Shown here piece after piece: positions 56,081-63,554 of a stretch of 64,000 nucleotides of DNA. The notes beneath the pieces are model-generated. The model had not been told where the DNA came from, did not search any database, and was given only the letters and a program-made list of their open reading frames with translations. Positions within the stretch are counted from its first letter, which is position 1. Every line of letters starts with the position of its first letter. A program made the translations under genes and the position numbers. Source of the DNA: Gemmatimonadaceae bacterium (lineage in GTDB: Bacteria > Gemmatimonadota > Gemmatimonadetes > Gemmatimonadales > Gemmatimonadaceae); assembly GCA_052388395.1 (NCBI GenBank), contig JBQTIF010000011.1, forward strand, positions 1,191 through 65,190, given 5' to 3'.

Positions 56081-56323
56081 ATGAGCAGCAAATCGAAAGG
56101 ATGGATCGTCACCATCTCTGGTGAACGAACAGCGAAGCAGGTGGCGAAGGAGCTCAAGGCTGCCGGCTTCACCGTGGATCAGGTGTTGGACGACATCGGT
56201 TCCATCACCGGAAAGGCTGACGACAAGGTCGTGGGCAAGGTGCGGTCGATCCGTGGCGTTGCGGATGTTTCCAGCAACGAGCAGATCGACATCGGCCCGC
56301 CGGACTCGCCAACGACCTGGTAG
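56081..56323 (+). CDS. Small protein resembling a stand-alone subtilisin propeptide/inhibitor I9-like domain
   Basis: GWIVTISGERTAKQVAKELKAAGFTVDQVLDDIGSITGKADDKVVGKVRSIRGVADVSSNEQIDI has the beta-alpha-beta-beta-alpha-beta rhythm of I9 domains. Judged by eye. Confidence 0.4.
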   Translation: MSSKSKGWIVTISGERTAKQVAKELKAAGFTVDQVLDDIGSITGKADDKVVGKVRSIRGVADVSSNEQIDIGPPDSPTTW

Positions 56324-56348
56324 CGCCTAACGGGAAATGCGTTAGGCG
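56323..56348. terminator. 9-bp hairpin made of an inverted pair of the iterated word, spanning both stop codons of convergent genes
   Basis: CGCCTAACG (56324-56332), loop GGAAATG, CGTTAGGCG (56340-56348). The TAG of the + gene is at 56321-56323. The TAA of the - gene (56342-56344) lies inside the word. Confidence 0.5.
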
Positions 56349-56716
56349 GCGCTGTCTCGAGGGGGCATCACCCGCAAGTGCTCGTCGCGACACCGTGAGC
56401 ACGCGGTGATCTCGCCCAGGGTATCCGTGAATAAGGGCCAGTCTCGACGCCCTTTTTTATCCGCGTGACACTTGCACGAACATGAGGCGACTTTGCCGCG
56501 CGAGTCGGGCACGCTATCCATCGCCGCCGAAATATCCGCGCGATCGGGGTAGGCGCGGTGCGCCGCGTAAACAACGCGGTTCATTGTCGTGCTTAGGAGT
56601 TGTTGGGCGCGGAGCACGCCGGGGCTATTTGAGCCGGAGTTGGCTAGTTCTTGATAAGCCTCCATCACTGCCTGAACCAGCAACTTGTGCAGCTCCGCGG
56701 GAGTCATGCGTTGCAT
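56342..56716 (-). CDS. Hypothetical Cys-rich protein (124 aa)
   Basis: ORF track. The C-terminal CSCKCH...CSRCRDEH suggests a zinc-binding module. Confidence 0.45.
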   Translation of the reverse strand: MQRMTPAELHKLLVQAVMEAYQELANSGSNSPGVLRAQQLLSTTMNRVVYAAHRAYPDRADISAAMDSVPDSRGKVASCSCKCHADKKGRRDWPLFTDTLGEITACSRCRDEHLRVMPPRDSAA

Positions 56717-57090
56717 CTGTTTTTCAACCGAGCGTTATGCATAACGGACTTCATTGAAGTGCACTGGCGCCGTAGCGGCCTCGAGCAATATGGTTGACGC
56801 GGCAGCCGTCGGGTCCGTCACCAGTTTGAAGCCATAGAGTGGCACACGGCGTGCCGCGAGCCGCAAAACAGGCCGTCTATTGAGGCGGAATCAGGCCCTT
56901 GTTATCCGGTAGCTGAACCAGAATGCGCCGACGCCAAGTACGACGATGCCGATCACACGGAGAGAGCCAGGACCGCTGCGAGGCGGCACTCGAGCTCCCG
57001 AATGTTCTCAGACACTTGATCCTTGTCATCAGCTGGGAAACGCGCAACCTGCGCGGTCCCGTCTGCCGTTACAGACATGCTTGATGTGGT

Positions 57091-58233
57091 CTAACGGCTG
57101 GTCCCGGACAAGTAGATACGCGCTACGTCACGTGCGATCGCCGCTGGCTGCGCGCCGTCAGCGTTCGTCAGTACGATCACCGTAAGGCTGTCGTTAGGAA
57201 AACGCGCCATCTCGGCACGGAATCCCGGCAGCGAACCGCCGTGATGCACGCGCCAGTGTCCGTCGATCGAGTCGAGCGTCCAGCCGAAGCCATAGCCGTA
57301 CGTTTGACCACTGGTTAGGCGGACTGGCGCCCACATCATGTCGCGGCTCTCCTTGGTGAGCACGCGATTCTCGTACAGCGCCGCGTCCCACTTTGCCAGG
57401 TCGAGCACTGTCGAGAGAAACGCGGCGCTCGGTCGCAGCGCGAGAAACTCCGTCGCGTTGACGTATTGGTTCTGCCTCCACGCATAGCCCCGCGCACGAC
57501 GCGGCACGAGATCGCTCGTAGTCGTCGTCCGCGTGGACTGCATCCCCAGAGGGCGAAAGACGCGCTCGGTAAAGAAATCAGGCCACGGCTTTCCCGATGC
57601 GCGCGCGATGATGTCGGCCAAGCTGAAGTAGCACACGTTGCAGTACTGGTACTTCGATCCCGTCGCAAACTCGAGCGGCCGCGCGAAGGCCGAATGAATC
57701 ACGATGCTGTCGGCCTGCAGCTTCAACGCGTCGAACGCCGGTCCTTCGCGTAGCACGCCGGACGTGTGCGTCAGGAAGTGGCGCAGCGTGATGCCGCCCC
57801 ACGATTCCGGCGTACCCGTTAGGTGCTTCCCCACGAGATCGTCGAGCGTTAGGCGGCCGTCCTGCGCGAGCAGCATGATCCCGGCAGCGAGGAACTGCTT
57901 GCTCACAGACCCGATCTTGAACACAGTCTCAGGTGTTACTGGGATGTTGTGTTCGAGATCGGCCATGCCGTACCCCTTCGCCTTGATCACTTTTCCGCCG
58001 CGCACTACCGCGATTGCCACACCGGGAATGTGAGCGCGGGCCATCTCCGCGCTGATCAACTTGTCGACAGTGTCGGGCGGAGCCGTCGCTGCCGTGGACT
58101 GAGCGCCGAGGGAAACATCTTGGACAGCGATTGCAAGGACGAGCGCAAGGATGCGATTGGGCACAAGAACTCTCCGGCGTAAGCCTTTGACCAAAGTATC
58201 AACTGATCGAAGTGTCAAGCCGGTGAGGGCCAC
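57091..58233 (-). CDS. Serine hydrolase of the beta-lactamase/PBP4 (class C-like) family
   Basis: SVSKQF (SxxK), YQYCNVCY (YxN) and HHGGSLPG. Signal-like N-terminus. Confidence 0.8.
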   Translation of the reverse strand: MALTGLTLRSVDTLVKGLRRRVLVPNRILALVLAIAVQDVSLGAQSTAATAPPDTVDKLISAEMARAHIPGVAIAVVRGGKVIKAKGYGMADLEHNIPVTPETVFKIGSVSKQFLAAGIMLLAQDGRLTLDDLVGKHLTGTPESWGGITLRHFLTHTSGVLREGPAFDALKLQADSIVIHSAFARPLEFATGSKYQYCNVCYFSLADIIARASGKPWPDFFTERVFRPLGMQSTRTTTTSDLVPRRARGYAWRQNQYVNATEFLALRPSAAFLSTVLDLAKWDAALYENRVLTKESRDMMWAPVRLTSGQTYGYGFGWTLDSIDGHWRVHHGGSLPGFRAEMARFPNDSLTVIVLTNADGAQPAAIARDVARIYLSGTSR

Positions 58234-58340
58234 CGGCGCCAGGACAGTACGAGCACCCGCGTTTTTGGGTTCCGTTCAGCGCCCAAGATCGTAGCGCGAA
58301 TGGATTTATCGGACGCTGGTTCGCGCAAAATGTGCTTGAT

Positions 58341-58358
58341 CTGACTAGACTGACTAGA
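58341..58358 (+). promoter_or_regulatory. Tandem direct repeat CTGACTAGA x2 just upstream of the antitoxin gene (candidate operator / -10 region)
   Basis: Copies at 58341-58349 and 58350-58358. TAGATT at 58355-58360 is -10-like. The ATG is at 58372. Confidence 0.45.
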
Positions 58359-58371
58359 TTACAGTTCGCTG

Positions 58372-58659
58372 ATGCGCGACGAATACTCCCTGTACGACGC
58401 AAAGGCGAAACTCTCTGCCCTCGTGCGACTTGTCCGCGAAGGCCGCTCCGTGATCATTACGCTGCACGGGAAGCCGGCTGCGGAGCTGCGCGCGATCGAT
58501 GAAAACGTCAGGCCAAAATCTCTGGATGAGCGTCTGGCTGAGCTGGATGCGCGGCGCGCAATCGTTAGGGCCGGGCGCAAACCGAGCGATGCCGCCGCAT
58601 TCCCAATGGGCCCGCGCCGGCCAGGGGCGCTGAAGCGCTTTCTCAAGCAGCGCGATTGA
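58372..58659 (+). CDS. Phd/YefM-family antitoxin
   Basis: YSLYDAKAKLSALVRLVREGRSVIITLHGKPAAEL. Overlaps the toxin start by 4 nt. Confidence 0.75.
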   Translation: MRDEYSLYDAKAKLSALVRLVREGRSVIITLHGKPAAELRAIDENVRPKSLDERLAELDARRAIVRAGRKPSDAAAFPMGPRRPGALKRFLKQRD

Positions 58660-59036
58660 CCGCTGCCTACGTCGACACGTCCTGCATAGTCGCGGCCGCG
58701 TTCGGTGAATCGGCCGCCACCCGAGTTGTCGGGCGCTTGTCGCGCTTCGATCGCGTGCTCTCCTCGCCGCTCCTCGAAGCCGAGTTGTGGAGTGCGCTCG
58801 TTCGCGAGGGACGCGACATCACCGATGCCTACTCGTCTGCCATCGAGCTCGTCGTTGTCGAGAGGCCGCTGAGCGCGGAGGTCCGGCGAGTGCTCGAGGC
58901 AGGCTATGTGCGCGCTGCTGACTGCTGGCACCTGGCAACGGCACTTTACCTAGCCCCAGACCCGACGGACCTCACCTTCCTGACGCTCGACGACGCGCAA
59001 CGCAAGCTTGCGAAGACCCTCGGCTTTCGCACCTAA
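58656..59036 (+). CDS. vapC: PIN-domain toxin (VapC family)
   Basis: AAYVDTSCIVAAAFGE..., ...RAADCWHLATALY..., ...FLTLDDAQRKLA. The stop TAA lies inside a CCTAACG copy. Confidence 0.8.
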   Translation: MTAAYVDTSCIVAAAFGESAATRVVGRLSRFDRVLSSPLLEAELWSALVREGRDITDAYSSAIELVVVERPLSAEVRRVLEAGYVRAADCWHLATALYLAPDPTDLTFLTLDDAQRKLAKTLGFRT

Positions 59037-59208
59037 CGACGCAGCGGGAGTGGGCTGGTCACGTTGTTTTCGGCGCAGCCGCCGACGGAGGAACGCACCG
59101 CGCGGCTGTGAGACCTGGCACGCCGAGGCACTGACAATGCTGTGCGCTGCGCACAAATTGCTGGGGCTAGCCGGCGCTCGTGCTGCTGGCCCTCACCCTA
59201 GCCCTTGT

Positions 59209-61509
59209 ATGCTCGTACGAAAGCCCTCGCACGACCTGCGCCGTCGCACCACGTGTCTCATCGGGTTCCTGTTCTTGGCCGCGCCGGCCCCTGGCGCCGC
59301 CCAGAACTCGATGAGCTTGGGGGCGACTATCGATAGTGTCGACGTGGCACGCGCCATACCGATGCCAATCGCACGCCTAACGGGACAGATCCGGCTGGAC
59401 GGGATCGTGAATGAGCCGGCATGGGAAGTCGCGCAAACGCTTCCGATGTTCATGTTCTCCCCCAGCTTTCTGGCGCCGCTCAGCGAGCGCACGGAAGTCC
59501 GTATCGCGCACGATGACCGTTACCTCTATGTCGCCGGCAAGCTCTACGACTCCGACGTCAGCCAGATCCGCACCAACACGTTCTACCGCGACGCGTACAG
59601 CGGGGATGACCTGCTGGCTATCGTCGTCGACAGCTACAACGACTACGAGACGGCGGTGTGGTTCGTCACCAACCCGGCCAGTGCGCGCAGCGATCGCTCC
59701 GTTTCGAATGACGCCGTGTTCTCCGGCGGTGTCAACGCAATGAACTCGGACTGGAATTCACATTGGGACGTCGCCACATCGCAGAACGAGCATGGCTGGT
59801 ACGCCGAGTTTCGCATCCCCTTTTCTACGTTAGGCTTTCAGGTGAAGGGCGACGAAGTCGCGATGGGCGTGATCGTCTATCGCTTTATTGCGCGCAAGAA
59901 CGAACGGCACACCTTCCCCGCGATCGATCCCAAGTGGGGCGGGCTTGCGTTCGCCAAGCCGTCGCAGGCGCAGCGCGTCGTGTTACGCCAGGTGCGCCAG
60001 TCGAAACCCGTGTACGTGACGCCGTACGTACTCGGCGGCGCGCGCAGGACGCCACAGCTCAACGAACCGGCTGGTGCTGCCGCATTCTGGAGCACTACAG
60101 CGCGCGAGTGGAGCGATGTCGGCGGCGATCTGCGCTACTCGCCGACGTCGAATCTTGCGCTCGATCTCACGATGAACACCGACTTCGCCCAGGTGGAGGC
60201 CGACGACCAGCAGATCAACCTAACGAGATTCCCGCTCTTCTTCCCCGAGAAGCGCCAGTTCTTCCAGGAGCGCGCTTCGACCTTTCAGTTTACGACTGGA
60301 GGCTCATCGGACAGGCTATTCCATAGTCGGCGCATCGGCCTGGCTGAAGGGGAGATCGTCCCCATCTATGGCGGTGTGCGCGCCGTTGGCCGCGTCGGTG
60401 GAATGGATTACGGACTCCTCAGCATGCAGACGACGGCGCACGGCGAACGCTCGTCGGAGAACATGAGCGTGGCGCGGCTGAATCAGCAGATCCTGAATCC
60501 GTATTCGTCCATCGGTGCGATGTTTACATCGCGTTATGGCTCGGCCGGTGAAGACAACCTCGCCTATGGTGTGGATGCCGTGTTGCGCCCGTTAGGCGAC
60601 GAGTGGTTGACGCTGCGATGGGCCCAGACGTTCGACGAGGCAGTCGTCGAACGCTCGGCTGCGTCGGCCGGTCTCCTGCAGGCGCGCTGGGAGCGCGTGC
60701 GCGACGACGGCTTCACGTATTCCGGCGAGTTCAATAGAGTCGGTGAAGACTACATACCGCGGCTCGGTTTCCAGTCGCGGACCGGTGTCCGGTATTTCGG
60801 CGGCCATGCGCAGTACAAGCGCTTCCAGAGCGCCTCGTCTCCGCTGCGCTCAGCGGGCGTTCAGGCCAATTCTGGCCATTTCATACGGTCACTCGACGGC
60901 ACCGCCGATTCGCGCTGGATCGAAGGACAGCTCAACATCGAGCTGAAGAACGGCAGGCAGCTGCAAGTGGCGGGCAGATCGAGTTATGAAGGTGTACTGG
61001 AGGATTTCACTGTGGCGGGGGCGAGCGTCTCCGCCGGCGAGTACTGGTTCCATGACGCGCACGTTAGGCTGGAGCTGGCACGCAGCGCGAACCTTAGAGG
61101 CGACTATTCCGTGACGGCGGGGTCCTTTTACGACGGCACGCGCATCGGTGCCGCGTTCAGCCCTGCGTGGAATCCGTCCAGGTATGTCGAGCTGGGCGGT
61201 GGTTATGAATTGAATCGCCTAACGTTCGATGAGCGCAACGAGCGGGTAACGGCGCATCTTGCGCGACTCAAGCTATAACTGGCGCTCAATACGCACATCT
61301 TTTTCAGTACGTTCGCGCAGTATAGTAATGTCGCGGACCTCGCCACGTTCAACGCGCGCTTCCGCTATCATTTCCGCGAGGGAACGGACCTCTGGCTCGT
61401 GTACAACGAGGGACTCAACACGGGGCGTGACTTGGTGGGGCAGCCGCGGCTGCCACGGTCGTCCGGACGCACATTCATGCTGAAGTACACCCACACGTTC
61501 ATCTGGTAG
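59209..61509 (+). pseudogene. DUF5916 / carbohydrate-binding family 9-like outer-membrane-type protein interrupted by an in-frame TAA at 61276-61278
   Basis: ATG at 59209 with signal peptide. CBM9-like IRLDGIVNEPAWEVAQ...RIAHDDRYLYVAG. After the TAA the same frame continues LALNTHIFFSTFAQYSN...FRYHFREGTDLWLVYNEG...FMLKYTHTFIW-TAG (61507-61509), which is the expected family C-terminus. Confidence 0.6.
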
Positions 61510-61577
61510 AAACGCAGCACATCAGTCGCCCGCGGCATTGTGCTGCCTGTGCACTGTGATCGTGTTACAATGCACAC

Positions 61578-61820
61578 ATGGACAGCACGATCCGTAACCT
61601 TGACCCTAAGGCTTATCGCGCGCTCAAAGCTCGGGCGGCCGCGCTAGGAAAGACTGTCGGCGAGACCATAAACGAGGCCATTCGCGTTTACCTCGCGCGA
61701 CCAGAGAGCAGACCTCGGGAAGGCAGTCTCAGAGATCTTTCGCCAGAACCCTATCCGCCAGGGAACGAGCGCCTCTCGGCGCAAATCGACGCGGTGGCGT
61801 ATGGAGTTGGGCAGAACTGA
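61578..61820 (+). CDS. Ribbon-helix-helix antitoxin (VapB/FitA-like)
   Basis: MDSTIRNLDPKAYRALKARAAALGKTVGETINEAIRVYL is a typical Arc/MetJ-type N-terminus. Confidence 0.65.
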   Translation: MDSTIRNLDPKAYRALKARAAALGKTVGETINEAIRVYLARPESRPREGSLRDLSPEPYPPGNERLSAQIDAVAYGVGQN

Positions 61821-62242
61821 GGGGTTGGCTCTCGAGCGATTGTCCTCGACTCCAGTTTTGTTATCGCGTATCACAACACGCGTGATGCACACCATGCGGC
61901 GGCTGCGCGAGCGATGGTTCACCTCAGCGGCGGACATTGGGGCCAAGCGCTCCTGCTCGAGTATGTGTTCCTGGAAATCGTCACCGTTCTGCGACTGCGT
62001 CGCGATGCCGCCGTCGCCGGCGAAGTGGCCGAGCAGCTACTGCAAGCGCGCGAAGTGGATTTCGTCCCCTGCTCCGATTTCTTCCTGGAGACGCTGAGCA
62101 CATTCCGAGCGGAGGCCGCTCCGCTGAGTTTTGTCGACGCCGCGATTGTGACGCTGGCGCGCCGCGACAGAAAGGGGGCTATGTCGCAACGTTCGATGCG
62201 GATTTCAAGGACGTCGCCGGCATCAAAGTCATCCCAGCCTGA
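61801..62242 (+). pseudogene. PIN-domain toxin (VapC family) with two frame changes
   Basis: The ATG at 61801 overlaps the antitoxin end. IVLDSSFVIAYHN...LLLEYVFLEIV...SFVDAAIVTLARR is one frame from about 61839. The C-terminal GGYVATFDADFKDVAGIKVIPA is another frame after the AAAGGGGG run near 62170. Confidence 0.5.
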
Positions 62243-62338
62243 AGTGGTCACGCGACTGGTCAGCGAGATGTACCGCACCGAATAGCGAGTGGATCGCACT
62301 CACGTTTCTCTGCCGGTGGATTAGGCTTGTGCACAATT

Positions 62339-62372
62339 CCCAAATTGGGTATGATCATTCCCAATATGGGAA
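62339..62372. promoter_or_regulatory. Two related palindromic boxes (CCCAAATTGGG; TTCCCAATATGGGAA) upstream of the wHTH-MNT gene
   Basis: 62339-62349 and 62358-62372. They share ATTCCCAA(W)(W)TGGG and lie immediately upstream of the GGGAAGG RBS and the ATG at 62375. Confidence 0.45.
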
Positions 62373-62374
62373 GG

Positions 62375-62968
62375 ATGGCTTCTACGAGTGGCCTCGCCGA
62401 CGCGCTGTTCACGCCAGTCCAGCAGCGCGTTTTGGGATTGCTCTTCGCGCAGCCAGAGAGGCGCTTCCAGAGTGCAGAGCTGATCAAACTGGCCGACAGC
62501 GGGACCGGTGCCGTTCATCGGCAGCTCGGACGCCTCGCTGACGCCGGGCTCGTAACTGTTACTCGTACAGGGAACCAGAAGCACTACCAAGCGAACCGCG
62601 ACGCGCCTGTGTTCCGTGAATTGCACGGTCTCATTTTGAAGACTGTCGGCATTGTCGAACCGCTGCGTGCTGCATTGGCAGACCTTGCACCACGAATTCG
62701 CGCTGCTTTCGTCTACGGTTCTTCAGCAAAGGGGACCGCGCGCGCGCGCAGCGACATCGATGTTATTGTCGTCTCAGATTCGCTGCAGTACGCGGACATT
62801 TACGGTGCTCTAGGTCCGACCGAGAGAATTCTGGCGCGGGCCGTGAATCCCACGGTGCTTACAACGTCGGACTGGCGCGCGAAGAAGAGACGCGTCGATT
62901 CGTTCGTAGCTAGGGTAGTTAGGCAGCCGCGATTGTTCGTCCTGGGAACCGCCCGTGATCTCGAGTGA
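62375..62968 (+). CDS. Winged-HTH fused to a minimal nucleotidyltransferase (MNT) domain
   Basis: wHTH FTPVQQRVLGLLFAQPERRFQSAELIKLADSGTGAVHRQLGRLADAGLV. NTase motif YGSSAKGTARARSDIDVIVV. Confidence 0.7.
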   Translation: MASTSGLADALFTPVQQRVLGLLFAQPERRFQSAELIKLADSGTGAVHRQLGRLADAGLVTVTRTGNQKHYQANRDAPVFRELHGLILKTVGIVEPLRAALADLAPRIRAAFVYGSSAKGTARARSDIDVIVVSDSLQYADIYGALGPTERILARAVNPTVLTTSDWRAKKRRVDSFVARVVRQPRLFVLGTARDLE

Positions 62969-63371
62969 GCTGGAGAACCTCGTTCGCATCGGTCAGCTCA
63001 AGCGCGAGCCAACCAATCACAGTGAGTTAGAGGGATTGCAGCGCTCCGGCGGCGCACGTTTGCGTGACGCGGCTAACAAGCAGCTGTCGCTCGAGAGTCG
63101 TTTCGACTTGGCGTACAATGCGGCGCACGCGTTTGCCCTTGCAGGCCTGCGACGGCTCGGTTTTCGATCCGACAATCGCTACGTCGTGTTTCAATCGCTA
63201 CCCCACACCCTTGGCGTTGATACGCCGGTTTGGCGCCTGCTTGCCAAATGCCATGGACTTCGGAATCAGGCCGAGTACGAGGGGTTGCTCGAGGTGGATG
63301 AGCGACTCGTTGACGACTTGGTCGATGCGGCTAAGGCCGTACAGAACGCGCTCAAATCCGCGACTACTTAG
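62955..63371 (+). CDS. HEPN-like helical protein, probable partner of the MNT gene
   Basis: Overlaps the MNT gene by 14 nt. All-helical 138 aa. The motif position reads LRNQAEYEG (RNxxxY rather than canonical Rx4-6H), so the call is tentative. Confidence 0.45.
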   Translation: MISSELENLVRIGQLKREPTNHSELEGLQRSGGARLRDAANKQLSLESRFDLAYNAAHAFALAGLRRLGFRSDNRYVVFQSLPHTLGVDTPVWRLLAKCHGLRNQAEYEGLLEVDERLVDDLVDAAKAVQNALKSATT

Positions 63372-63554
63372 CCTTCGTTATCACCGCCGTCTCGTTCAGC
63401 CACGCCCGTAGCGTTTCAGGAAGTATTGGATTGAATACTCCCGGGCGCGTCGTCGGCGTGGGCCGCCAGAGCGGATAACTCTCCTGTTGACACGCGGTGC
63501 GGAAGAAAGAGTGGTCGATCGAATCCAGCCGGTGCTATTCTAGCGCTGCCGCCG

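Larger units (their letters stand above)
454..61224. repeat. Dispersed iterated word CCTAACG / CGTTAGG (8-mer consensus GCCTAACG / CGTTAGGC), 133 exact 7-mer copies
   Basis: Hand scan of the + strand. CCTAACG starts (66): 1157,3439,3838,4363,6373,6939,8411,9848,10435,10674,11073,13477,14243,14468,14636,14963,16569,16881,17221,19080,19840,20521,20796,20811,21103,21539,22246,22599,23286,23495,23633,24222,24643,25222,26633,27140,28853,29089,30150,30859,32377,34475,34499,35132,36329,37951,39549,41276,43329,44013,46654,47341,47884,50354,50426,51512,52151,52792,53509,53770,55065,56326,59032,59376,60219,61218. CGTTAGG starts (67): 454,2090,3183,4573,4593,5365,5644,7338,7851,8667,9675,9941,11579,12358,15286,16006,18452,19700,21171,24336,24890,25358,25580,26182,26905,27793,29271,29975,31361,31845,32681,33597,34269,34606,35116,35854,36910,39631,39991,40384,41770,42789,44533,44831,45251,46005,46380,47079,47118,48140,48498,48998,49464,50131,50782,51448,52539,52692,53874,56340,57192,57817,57847,58563,59828,60590,61062. 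86 copies carry the same 8th base. Confidence 0.9.

Noticed and set aside
56891-57078. Small minus-strand ORF (MSVTADGTAQVARFPADDKDQVSENIRELECRLAAVLALSV, then in another frame VIGIVVLGVGAFWFSYRITRA) in the 370-bp spacer
   Set aside because: It is below the track threshold and needs a frame change to give a membrane-anchored product. I saw no RBS or recognisable homology, so it is not listed as a feature.
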